Below, one piece after another: positions 9,158 through 17,856 of a stretch of 64,000 bases of DNA. The position numbers and the translations under genes are program-made. The stretch lies in contig OZ220089.1 in the NCBI GenBank assembly GCA_964291625.2, positions 544,001-608,000 on the forward strand, given 5' to 3'. The notes beneath the pieces are model-generated. The model was not told where the DNA came from. It worked only from the letters and a program-made list of their open reading frames with translations, and did no database searches. The first letter of the stretch is position 1. Each line of letters starts with the position of its first letter. Source of the DNA: Candidatus Latescibacterota bacterium (lineage in GTDB: Bacteria; Latescibacterota; UBA2968; UBA8231).

Positions 9158-11420
9158 CGTACAGGAAGGGCCGCCGCCAGATCCCGCCCATGTGGTGCTC
9201 GTTGTGCACGCGCAGGGCCAGGGTGCGGGTGCCGGGGGCGAGCCGGCCCGTCAGGTCCACGTCCCAGTCGAAGCGGTAGCTGTTGTGCCAGTACATGGGG
9301 CGCCAGTCCCGGTAGCCGGCGAGATATCCGTCGACGTAGAGCCAGGCCTTGCCGAAGAGGCCGGGAAAGTGGACGCCGAGGGCCCGCTCCGCGTCGGCGG
9401 CGCTCACCTCGATGTCGGTGCGGTACCACACGAAGCCGTTGTACTCGCCCCCGCCGGGGCCGGCGACGCCCTGGGCCTCCATGTAGAGATCGGTGCGCAG
9501 GGGCCGCCAGGCCGCCAGGTCCAGCTCCGGCCGGCCCCAGGCCTGGTGCAGGCCGGCGTCGTGGGGATCGGTGCGGAAGCTCCATAGCAGCGGAAGCCTC
9601 TGCACCAGGCGGCCGGCGGGGCCGTCGGTGAGGGCGTGCAGCTCCCGGTACTGCTGCACCTCCCCCGGCCACCAGGCGTCGCCCTTCTCCAGGCGGGTGG
9701 TGGTGAAGGTGGGGCTCATGCGGGTCAGGGAGTCGCGCCAGGCCAGGCCGCGCTCGCCGGCGCGCACGGCGGCGCCGTAGTCCCCTTCGGTGGCGGCCCG
9801 GTCGACCATCTCCACGTAGGACTGCAGGACGCCGTACCCGGCCTCGACGAAGCGCACCCGGCGCGCGAAGAGATCCTCCGGGGGGCGGTCGCCCACCAGG
9901 GCACCGGCCGCGGCCACGTGCGGAGCCAGGCGGCTCACCAGTTCCGGCGTGTAGACCATGGGGGCCAGCCAGAACTCGTGCTCGTGGGAGAGGGTCCGCT
10001 CCCAGGCCTGGTGGATCGCCTGCCAGTAGGCGCGCATGGGGGCTGCCGCCGGTCCCCAGAAGTCGGCGTGAAACCGCTCCAGCTCGGCCTCCACGTCGGC
10101 GTCCGGGTCCCAGTAGAGGAGAGCCCGCAGGTAGAGGTTGAGGAAGGTGGTGGCCATCGCCCCCCGGCTCTCGGTGTCGACGCCGAGGATGCCGGCGTCG
10201 CGGTAGTGGCGCACGTCCTGGCGGACGGACTGCACCGAGGGGTTGGGGATGTCGCGCCAGACCAGCATGCCCTGGTCGTAGTCGTAGATGATCAGGCGGC
10301 CCTGCATCGTCTCGGCCCAGCGGTACATGACGTCGCGGTACTCCTGGCGGGGCGGGCAGCGGGGATCGTCCATGCCGTGGATGGGGCAGACGTCGATCGG
10401 CGCCAGGTAGGCCACCAGGGGCTCGGCGGCGGCGATGCGGCGCTGGGGCGGCAGGGTGATGTTAGAATAGGCGAGGAAGCCGATGCGGCGTCCGGGGAAG
10501 CGGGCGTGGGTCAGCTCGGCGACGCCGTTGTAGAGGGCCATGAAGGGATCGGTGAGGGCCGGGGACATGAAGTTCTTGTCCCACAGGCCGGCGGCCAGCT
10601 CCGCGTCGGAGGCGCAGGCGAGGTCGTAGAGCCCGTCGTCCATGCCGAGGGAGACGGCCGGCGCGCCCTCGGCGAAGCGCTCCATCACCTGGCCGGCCAC
10701 GTGCCGGATCGTGACCGGGTCGGAGAGGCAGATCGACTGGGCCGAGGAGTCCGCGCCCACCAGCTCCTCCACGTAGTGGCCGAGGGCGTGGCCCGCCGGC
10801 ACCGACAGGTTGTTCATCCGGTTGCGGCGCATGAACTCCTGCCGGCCGCTGTTGTCGCCGATCCAGGAGAGCCAGTAGCGGCGCACCTCGAAGGGCGGCG
10901 CCCAGGCCAGGTCGAGGCTGTCCACGGTCAGCGTCGGCTTGCGGGGGATGCTGGCGCCGAAGTCGGTGGGCAGGTACCAGCGGCAGCCCCAGCGCCGCAG
11001 CAACTCCACCGCCGCGTAGTAGTGGGACTCGTCGTTGCTGCCGGCCAGGTAGACCCGATCCCCCCGGCGCCGCGCGACAATGGCATCCGCGCGCAGGACG
11101 GGGTCGGGCTTCTGCAGGGCCGCCAGGCGGGGTCCCAGGGAGGGGTCGGCCTCGAGGGCGGCCCGGCCCACCAGCAGCAGGGGAGCGGACTCGGACAGGG
11201 CCTGTTCGAGTTCGGCCGTTCCCTCGACGAGGGGCAGCCGTGCGCCGCTCATCTCCTCGACGTAGCGCACCAGGTCGGAGGCCGCGCGCCGCTCCCACTC
11301 CCCCGCCTCCGGGTGCACCCCGACGCGGGCCCGGCCGCGTCCCTCCTCGACCACGACGAGGGGATCGGCCGCCAGGGCCGCGGCCAGCCACAGCAGGCAC
11401 AGGGCCGGTGCGTATCGCAT
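9135..11420 (-). CDS. Secreted DUF4838-family protein with C-terminal sugar-binding (GH2 N-terminal-like) domain
   Basis: Signal peptide; AASDLVRYVEEMSGARLP; LRRWGCRWYLP; P.FEVR; RALLYWDPDAD; C-terminal GFVWYRTDI...GGIWRRPFL. Confidence 0.75.
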   Translation of the reverse strand: MRYAPALCLLWLAAALAADPLVVVEEGRGRARVGVHPEAGEWERRAASDLVRYVEEMSGARLPLVEGTAELEQALSESAPLLLVGRAALEADPSLGPRLAALQKPDPVLRADAIVARRRGDRVYLAGSNDESHYYAAVELLRRWGCRWYLPTDFGASIPRKPTLTVDSLDLAWAPPFEVRRYWLSWIGDNSGRQEFMRRNRMNNLSVPAGHALGHYVEELVGADSSAQSICLSDPVTIRHVAGQVMERFAEGAPAVSLGMDDGLYDLACASDAELAAGLWDKNFMSPALTDPFMALYNGVAELTHARFPGRRIGFLAYSNITLPPQRRIAAAEPLVAYLAPIDVCPIHGMDDPRCPPRQEYRDVMYRWAETMQGRLIIYDYDQGMLVWRDIPNPSVQSVRQDVRHYRDAGILGVDTESRGAMATTFLNLYLRALLYWDPDADVEAELERFHADFWGPAAAPMRAYWQAIHQAWERTLSHEHEFWLAPMVYTPELVSRLAPHVAAAGALVGDRPPEDLFARRVRFVEAGYGVLQSYVEMVDRAATEGDYGAAVRAGERGLAWRDSLTRMSPTFTTTRLEKGDAWWPGEVQQYRELHALTDGPAGRLVQRLPLLWSFRTDPHDAGLHQAWGRPELDLAAWRPLRTDLYMEAQGVAGPGGGEYNGFVWYRTDIEVSAADAERALGVHFPGLFGKAWLYVDGYLAGYRDWRPMYWHNSYRFDWDVDLTGRLAPGTRTLALRVHNEHHMGGIWRRPFLYAAEPPAP

Positions 11421-11453
11421 TCCATCTCCTCCTCGAAGGGCGCCCCTCGGCCG

Positions 11454-11482
11454 TTGATCCTCCGGCGGGCAAGGGCTATCCT
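11454..11482 (+). promoter_or_regulatory. sigma70-type promoter for the anSME operon
   Basis: TTGATC-17 bp-TATCCT in the divergent intergenic gap. Confidence 0.55.
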
Positions 11483-11518
11483 AGCGCCGCCCTCTCGCCC
11501 CCCGCGACCGCCTTTCAG

Positions 11519-12874
11519 ATGACGCAATCACCGACGCTCACCGCTCCCTCGGCCTGCCACGTCATGGCCAAGCCCTCGGGCTCGGTCTGCAACATCGACT
11601 GCACCTACTGCTTCTACCTCGAAAAAGAGAAGCTCTACCCCGACGCCGGGCGCAACTGGCGCATGAGCGACGAGGTGATGGAGCTGTACGTGAAGCAGTA
11701 CATCGAGGCCCAGGACGTGCCGGCCGTGAACTTCGCCTGGCAGGGCGGGGAGCCGACGCTGCTGGGGGTCGACTTCTTCCGCCGCGCCGTGGAGCTGCAG
11801 AAGCGCTACGCCGGCGGCAAGGAGGTGACCAACGCCTTCCAGACCAACGGCATCCTCCTCGACGACGAGTGGGGCGAGTTCCTGGCCCGGGAGAGCTTCC
11901 TCGTGGGCCTGTCGATCGACGGTCCCCGGGAGCTCCACGACCGCTACCGCGTCGACAAGGGGCAGAAGCCGACCTTCGACCGCGTCATGGCCGGCCTGGA
12001 GGTGCTCAAGAAGCACGGCGCCGAGTTCAACACCCTCACGGTCCTGCAGAACCACAACGCCGACCACCCCCTCGAGGTCTACCGCTTCCTCAAGGAGATC
12101 GGCTCCGGGTTCATGCAGTTCATCCCCATCGTCGAGCGCCTCACCGGCGACCCGGACGAGACCGGCCTGGAGTTGGTGGCGCCCGAGTTCGAGGGCCGGG
12201 CGGCGGTCACCCGCTGGTCGGTGGGTCCGGCCCAGTACGGCCGCTTCCTGTGCGCCGTCTTCGACGAGTGGGTGCGGCGCGACGTGGGCCGCTTCTTCGT
12301 GCAGATCTTCGACGTCTCCCTCGGCAGCTGGCTGGGGCAGGACGCCTCCTTGTGCATCTTCGCCGAGACCTGCGGCAACGCCCTGGTGATCGAGCACAAC
12401 GGCGACCTCTACTCCTGCGACCACTTCGTCTACCCCGAGTACAACCTCGGCAACGTGCGCGAGCACACGATCCGCGACATGGTGGCCAGCCCCGAGCAGC
12501 GCCGCTTCGGACAGGACAAGGCCGACGGCCTGCCGCGCTACTGCCTGGAGTGCGACTACCGCTTCGCCTGCAACGGCGGCTGCCCCAAGCAGCGCTTCGA
12601 GCGCACCCCCCACGGCGAGGGGGGGCTCAACTACCTGTGCCGCGGCTACAAGATCTACTTCGGCCACGTCGATCCCTACATGCGGGTCATGGCCGATCTC
12701 GTGCGCCGCGGGCAGCCGGCGGCCGGCGTGATGGACTGGGTGCGGCAGAGGGACGCGGCCCGGGCGGCGCCGGCACCGCCGAAACGCAACGATCCGTGTC
12801 CGTGCGGGAGCGGACGCAAGTTCAAGCGCTGCTGCGGCAACGCCGCGGCCATGACCAGGACGGGAGAGGGATGA
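11519..12874 (+). CDS. Anaerobic sulfatase maturase (radical SAM/SPASM) with C-terminal SEC-C motif
   Basis: AKPSGSVCNIDCTYCFY, FAWQGGEPTL, SPASM cysteines (CDH, CLEC, CNGGCPK, YLC), RNDPCPCGSGRKFKRCC. ATG 11519. Confidence 0.93.
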   Translation: MTQSPTLTAPSACHVMAKPSGSVCNIDCTYCFYLEKEKLYPDAGRNWRMSDEVMELYVKQYIEAQDVPAVNFAWQGGEPTLLGVDFFRRAVELQKRYAGGKEVTNAFQTNGILLDDEWGEFLARESFLVGLSIDGPRELHDRYRVDKGQKPTFDRVMAGLEVLKKHGAEFNTLTVLQNHNADHPLEVYRFLKEIGSGFMQFIPIVERLTGDPDETGLELVAPEFEGRAAVTRWSVGPAQYGRFLCAVFDEWVRRDVGRFFVQIFDVSLGSWLGQDASLCIFAETCGNALVIEHNGDLYSCDHFVYPEYNLGNVREHTIRDMVASPEQRRFGQDKADGLPRYCLECDYRFACNGGCPKQRFERTPHGEGGLNYLCRGYKIYFGHVDPYMRVMADLVRRGQPAAGVMDWVRQRDAARAAPAPPKRNDPCPCGSGRKFKRCCGNAAAMTRTGEG

Positions 12875-13776
12875 TCGACGTCGAGCTGAAGTCGGACGAG
12901 GGCCGGGTCGCGGTGAACGTGGACGGAGGGCTCTTCGTCGAGTACGTGTACGGCCACTACATCTGCCGGCCGTCCTTCTACCCCGTGCTCACCCCCACGG
13001 GACAGGCCCTGACGCGGGCCTACCCCTTCGCCGACGTGGAGGGCGAGAACCAGGACCACTACCACCACCGCAGCATCTACACCGCCCACGGCCTGGTGAA
13101 CGGCCACAACCTGTGGGACGAGGGTGTCCGCGGCCTGGGCCACGGCTCCATGCTGCAGCGAGGGGAGCCGCGGGTGAGCGCCGCCGGGGGCGAGGCCGCC
13201 ATCGACGGCGTCGTCGACTGGTTCGGCCCGGCCGGCCAGCGGCTGCTGGAGGAGGAGCGCTGCTTCCGCATCGCCGCCGAGGGGCCGCTGCGCGTCCTCG
13301 ACCAGCGCAGCGTCCTGCGCGCCCGCCACGGCGACGTCACCTTCGGCGACACCAAGGAGGGCGGCCTGTTCTCGATCCGCGTGCCGACCTCGATGGACGC
13401 CAAGGACAAGGGACGCATCGAGAACTCGGAGGGGGACGTCTTCGACAGCGGCCAGGGCGAGGAGACGACCTGGGGCCAACGCGCCGCCTGGGTCGACTAC
13501 TCGGGGCCCCTGGCCGACGGCTCGCAGTGGGGCCACACCGTCGTCGACCACCGCTCCAACCCCTGGCACCCCACCCACTGGCACGTGCGGGGATACGGCC
13601 TGTTCACGGCCAACCCCTTCGGACTGCACGACTTCCTGAAGGACGAGAGCGCCGACGGCAGCTGGACGATCCCCGGCGGCAGCGAGGCGGTCATGCGCTT
13701 CCGCCTGATCGTGCACCCGGGGCGGGGTCCGGACGGCCGCGTGATGGAGTTGATCGACGAGTTCCAGGCGGCCTGA
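12871..13776 (+). CDS. PmoA/DUF6807-family protein (not a true methane monooxygenase)
   Basis: ATGA overlap with the anSME stop; RP.FYPV.TP.G...TR.YP, DHYHHRSI, FGDTKEGG, WHVRGYGLFTANPFG. Confidence 0.75.
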   Translation: MIDVELKSDEGRVAVNVDGGLFVEYVYGHYICRPSFYPVLTPTGQALTRAYPFADVEGENQDHYHHRSIYTAHGLVNGHNLWDEGVRGLGHGSMLQRGEPRVSAAGGEAAIDGVVDWFGPAGQRLLEEERCFRIAAEGPLRVLDQRSVLRARHGDVTFGDTKEGGLFSIRVPTSMDAKDKGRIENSEGDVFDSGQGEETTWGQRAAWVDYSGPLADGSQWGHTVVDHRSNPWHPTHWHVRGYGLFTANPFGLHDFLKDESADGSWTIPGGSEAVMRFRLIVHPGRGPDGRVMELIDEFQAA

Positions 13777-13788
13777 GGCCGGCGCCTC

Positions 13789-15501
13789 TCAGGCCAGACC
13801 CACCACCTCGCCGTCGGCGTCGAGGTCGAGGTTCATGAAGGCCGGCTTCGACGGCAGCCCCGGCATGCGTCGGATCTCCCCGCACAGGGGCACCAGGAAG
13901 CCGGCTCCCGCCGAGAGCACCACGTCCCGCACCGGCAGCACGAACCCGGAGGGCACGCCCCGCAGCTCCGGGTCGTGCGACAGCGACAGGTGGGTCTTGG
14001 CCATGTTCACCGGCAGGGACCCGAAGCCGAGATCCTCGTAGCGCTCGATGGTACTCTCCGCCTCCGGGGACAAGTCGATTCCGTCGGCGCCGTAGATGCG
14101 CGCCGCCACGGTCTCGATCTTGTCGCGCAGGGGCGTCTCCTCCCCGTAGAGGAAGTCGAAGCTCGAGCCCGACCGGCAGGTGTCCACCACGGCCCGGGCC
14201 AGCTCCGCCCCTCCGGCCCCGCCGCGGGCCCAGACGTCGCAGACGGCCGCCGCCGCGGCCCCCAGGCCGGGGGCCGCCTCGAGGACCCGGTCGACCTCGG
14301 CGTCGGTGTCCCCCGAGAAGCGGTTGAGGGCGACCACGGCCGGCACCCCGAACTCGCCCACGATGCGGATGTTGGCCGCCAGGTTGTGCAGCCCCTCATC
14401 AAGCCACGCCATCTCCTCGGCGGCGCCGGACTGCCGCTTCTCGGGAGCGCCGCCGTGGGACTTGAGGGCCCGCACCGTGGCCACGACGACGGCGCAGTCC
14501 GGCCTCAGGCCCGAGTAGCGGCACTTGACGTGGCAGAGCTTCTCGAAGCCGCAGTCGGCGCCGAAGCCGCTCTCGGTGACGAGGTACCCCTCCCCCATCA
14601 GGCCGAGGGCGATCTCGTCGGCGACGATGGAGCTGTTGCCGTGGGCGATGTTGGCGAAGGGCCCGGCGTGGACCAGGACCGGCGTGTTCTCCAGGGTCTG
14701 CATCAGGTTGGGCATCATGGCGTCCTTGAGCAGGACCGCCATCGCCCCGGCCGCGCCCAGGTCCTCCGAGGTCACCGGCCGCCCGGCGCGGTCGAAGGCG
14801 GCCACGACCCGCCCCAGCCGGGCGCGCAGGTCCCCCAGGTCCCTGGCCAGCGCCAGGATCGCCATCACCTCGGAGGCGGCGGTGATGTCGAAGCCGCTGC
14901 GCCGGCGCACGCCCTCGCCGCCCTCGCCGACGACGATCTCGCGCAGGGCCCGGTCCCCGAGGTCGACGACCCGCTTCCACACGACCCGGTCCGGGTCGAT
15001 GTCGAGCCGCTCCAGGCCGCGCCGGCGCAGGCGCCTGTCGCTCAGCCGCTCCTCGTGGTAGAGCCGCGAGTCCAGGGCGGCGGAGAGCAGGTTGTGGGCC
15101 GCGGTGACGGCGTGGATGTCGCCGGTCAGATGCAGGTTCATCTCGTCCATGGGGATGACCTGCGCGCGGCCCCCGCCGGCGGCTCCCCCCTTGATGCCGA
15201 AGGTCGGCCCCATAGAGGGCTGGCGGATCGTGGCGATCGAGGTGTGGCCGAGGGCGTTGAGGGCCTGACTGAGGCCGAGGGTGGTCGTCGTCTTGCCCTC
15301 GCCGTACCGGGTGGGGGTCATGGCCGTGACGACGACGTACTTTCCCGGCCCGCCGCGGCTCCGCCGGTCCACGGCATCGAGGTGGATCTTGGCCTTGTGG
15401 CGGCCGTACAGGTCGATGTCGCCGTCCGACAGCCCCAGTCTCGAGGCGATGCCGGCGGCCGGCTCGGGGGTCGCCGCACGGGCGATGTCGAGATCGCTCA
15501 C
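13789..15501 (-). CDS. fhs: Formate--tetrahydrofolate ligase
   Basis: TPTRYGEGKTTT, RQPSMGPTFGIKGGAAGGG, HAGPFANIAHGNSS, MAKTHLSLSH, MPGLP. GTG 15501 after a GGGAG RBS; upstream TTGCCG-18-GATATT promoter candidate (15527-15556). Confidence 0.95.
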   Translation of the reverse strand: MSDLDIARAATPEPAAGIASRLGLSDGDIDLYGRHKAKIHLDAVDRRSRGGPGKYVVVTAMTPTRYGEGKTTTTLGLSQALNALGHTSIATIRQPSMGPTFGIKGGAAGGGRAQVIPMDEMNLHLTGDIHAVTAAHNLLSAALDSRLYHEERLSDRRLRRRGLERLDIDPDRVVWKRVVDLGDRALREIVVGEGGEGVRRRSGFDITAASEVMAILALARDLGDLRARLGRVVAAFDRAGRPVTSEDLGAAGAMAVLLKDAMMPNLMQTLENTPVLVHAGPFANIAHGNSSIVADEIALGLMGEGYLVTESGFGADCGFEKLCHVKCRYSGLRPDCAVVVATVRALKSHGGAPEKRQSGAAEEMAWLDEGLHNLAANIRIVGEFGVPAVVALNRFSGDTDAEVDRVLEAAPGLGAAAAAVCDVWARGGAGGAELARAVVDTCRSGSSFDFLYGEETPLRDKIETVAARIYGADGIDLSPEAESTIERYEDLGFGSLPVNMAKTHLSLSHDPELRGVPSGFVLPVRDVVLSAGAGFLVPLCGEIRRMPGLPSKPAFMNLDLDADGEVVGLA

Positions 15502-15656
15502 AATCGTCTCCCTGGCAGGCCCGGCGAATATCGCTCGCCCTCCGGAGACCCGGCAAATCCCCCGGCTCCCGGCGGCTCCGGTGCGCCGGGAGCCCCGCTT
15601 CACTTTCTTTCACCCGGAACCACGCCGGGTCGGCCCCCCTCACCCACGGAATCTGT

Positions 15657-16661
15657 ATGAAAGCTACCAGGGACCTCATCATCGGCGCCTTCGCCACGGC
15701 CCTCCTGGGCTTCGCCTTCGCCAGGATCGAGCTGGTCGAGGCGCTGCAGGGCATGACGCGCTATTACCAGCGGATGGAGTTCGGCGAGGCGGTCGCCGCC
15801 GTGCCCGCCCTGGTCCTGGTGATCGTCTGGTTCGCGGCGCAGCGCTGGCGCGAGACCTCGCGGCTGACCCGAGAGCTGAAGCGCACCGAGGCCCGCCTGC
15901 GCCAGGCGCGGGAGAAGGGCCGCTCCCTGGAGGACCAGCTCGGCGGGGCCAGCCGGATGGCCGCCATGGGAGCCCTCACCGGGGGGCTCGCCCACGAGTT
16001 CAACAACGTGCTGCAGCCGATCATCACCCTGGCCGAGATGAACATCGACTCGAGCGAGTCGCAAGAGGAGAGCCGTATCCGCACCCGGCACATCCTCAAG
16101 GCCGCCGAGCACGGCACCGAGATCGTCCGCGGCACCCTCGCCTTTCCGGCCGGCGGCACCCAGGAGACCGAGGAGCTGTCCCCGGCTCCGGAGCTGGCGG
16201 AGATCGCCGCCCAGGCCCAGGAGACCTACCGGGGCCGCATCCAGGTGGAGGTCCGCGCCGCCGAGGAGGCCGGCACCATCCGCGTCAACCCCACCGAGTT
16301 CCGGCAGGCCATGGCCAACCTGCTCAAGAACGCCGCCGAGGCGATGCGCGAAGGCTCCGTCGTCATCGGCCTCGACGCCGTCACCCTCGACGCCCGGGGC
16401 GCCGGCTCCCGGAGTCTGGCGGCCGGCCCCTATGTGCGCGTCACCGTGGCCGACGACGGCCCCGGCATGGCCCCCGAGGTGACGGCGAAGGTCTTCGAGC
16501 CCTTCTACACCACCAAGGAGGCCGGGAAGGGCACGGGCCTGGGCCTGGCGGTGGTGGACAGCCTGGTCCGGGGATGGAACGGCAGGATCTCGGTGCAGTC
16601 CTCCCCCGGCGAGGGAGCGTCCTTCGAGATCCTGATCCCGAGATCGGAAGGGGAGGACTGA
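15657..16661 (+). CDS. Two-component sensor histidine kinase (two N-terminal TM helices)
   Basis: H-box GLAHEFNNVL, N-box NLLKNAAEAM, DDGPGM, FEPFYTTK, GTGLGL. Confidence 0.92.
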   Translation: MKATRDLIIGAFATALLGFAFARIELVEALQGMTRYYQRMEFGEAVAAVPALVLVIVWFAAQRWRETSRLTRELKRTEARLRQAREKGRSLEDQLGGASRMAAMGALTGGLAHEFNNVLQPIITLAEMNIDSSESQEESRIRTRHILKAAEHGTEIVRGTLAFPAGGTQETEELSPAPELAEIAAQAQETYRGRIQVEVRAAEEAGTIRVNPTEFRQAMANLLKNAAEAMREGSVVIGLDAVTLDARGAGSRSLAAGPYVRVTVADDGPGMAPEVTAKVFEPFYTTKEAGKGTGLGLAVVDSLVRGWNGRISVQSSPGEGASFEILIPRSEGED

Positions 16662-16664
16662 ACC

Positions 16665-17063
16665 ATGGCCAAGGTGCTGATCGCCGAGCACGACGAGGGG
16701 GTGCTCAACGCCCTGGCCACGCTGCTGCGGAGCGCCGGCCACGAGGTCTTCGAGGCCGATCGCTGCGAGGACGCCCTGGAGACCGTCGCCTCCCAGGGCC
16801 CCGATATCCTCCTCACCGACGTGAACATGCCGGGGATGACCGGGGTCCAGATGATCAAGAGGCTGCGCAGGAGCCACCCCACCATCGGCATCATCGCCAT
16901 GTCCGGCGGCGGCATGCACCAGAACCCGGAGCTGGCCACGACCCTGGCCAGTATCGCCGGCGCCGACCGGGCGCTGGAAAAGCCCTTCAAGAACGAGATC
17001 CTGCTCTCGAGCGTGCACTCCCTGCTGGCCACGGCCCGGAGACCCCGCGCCGGGCGCAGGTAG
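16665..17063 (+). CDS. Stand-alone response regulator receiver protein
   Basis: KVLIAEHD, LLTDVNMPGMTG, IIAMSG, KPF; no output domain. Confidence 0.9.
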   Translation: MAKVLIAEHDEGVLNALATLLRSAGHEVFEADRCEDALETVASQGPDILLTDVNMPGMTGVQMIKRLRRSHPTIGIIAMSGGGMHQNPELATTLASIAGADRALEKPFKNEILLSSVHSLLATARRPRAGRR

Positions 17064-17094
17064 GCGAGAGCGATCCCTGAGAAAGGATGATTCG

Positions 17095-17610
17095 ATGAGA
17101 CTTCAGGCAGCAGGCCGCCCCCGTACCTGGACACCGACCCTGCTCGTGCCCCTGACCCTGCTCTTCCTGGGCTGCGGCGACGACGAGGCCCCGACCGAGC
17201 CGGAACCCTCCCCGCCGGATGCCGAGGAGGCCGCCCGGGCGCAGGCGCAGGCGCTCTTCACCAGCCTCGAGCCGGTGGTCGGCAAGGCCCTGGAGCTGAT
17301 GCTCACCGGGGGCGGCACCCTCGAGGGCGAGCAGGGAACCCTCACCGTCGCCGGCAGCACGATGACCCTGGAGTCGTTCTCGGCCGACGGCCAGCTCGTC
17401 CTCGACGGCGAGCTGGTCCTCGACCTTCTCGCCCAACCCGTGACCTTGAAGGGGGACCTGGAGGCCAGCGGGCTGGAGGGCCGGGAAGGCTCGGTGCCCG
17501 TCGAGGTGGACGTCACCATCGACACTTCCACCGACCCGCGGACCTACGGAGGTACCGTGACCATCGGCGAGGACGTGTACGACCTCGACGAGTTGTTCGC
17601 CGAGGAGTAG
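17095..17610 (+). CDS. Hypothetical lipoprotein
   Basis: Lipobox LFLG-C, a Pro/Glu linker and a beta-rich body; AAAGGA RBS. Confidence 0.7.
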   Translation: MRLQAAGRPRTWTPTLLVPLTLLFLGCGDDEAPTEPEPSPPDAEEAARAQAQALFTSLEPVVGKALELMLTGGGTLEGEQGTLTVAGSTMTLESFSADGQLVLDGELVLDLLAQPVTLKGDLEASGLEGREGSVPVEVDVTIDTSTDPRTYGGTVTIGEDVYDLDELFAEE

Positions 17611-17653
17611 CAGGCTGACAGGGGCGGCGCGAGCGGCTCCTCCCACCGGATTC

Positions 17654-17696
17654 GGAGACCCCTCGGAAGGCCGTGCGCGCCTCCCGAGGGGTCTCC
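17654..17696. terminator. Strong stem-loop (terminator or REP-like) after the lipoprotein gene
   Basis: ggagacccctcggaaggc / gcctcccgaggggtctcc, 18-bp stem with one mismatch; no U-tract. Confidence 0.45.
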
Positions 17697-17856
17697 CGCG
17701 ATGTTGCTCCCCATTCCGCCCGGGGGTACCTTCAGCGGCTCCAACCCCGGCGGTCGAGCGCGCCAAGGTGACGCCCGTCGACAACCTCCGGACCTCCGGT
17801 GACAAGGCCTGCCGACCGGCCTCCAGCAGACCGGGGATGAGACCTCGCCCGCTACC

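Noticed and set aside
12871-13776. Methane oxidation implied by the PmoA family name
   Set aside because: The protein is soluble and beta-rich, without the TM helices of particulate methane monooxygenase subunit A; no pmoB or pmoC nearby.
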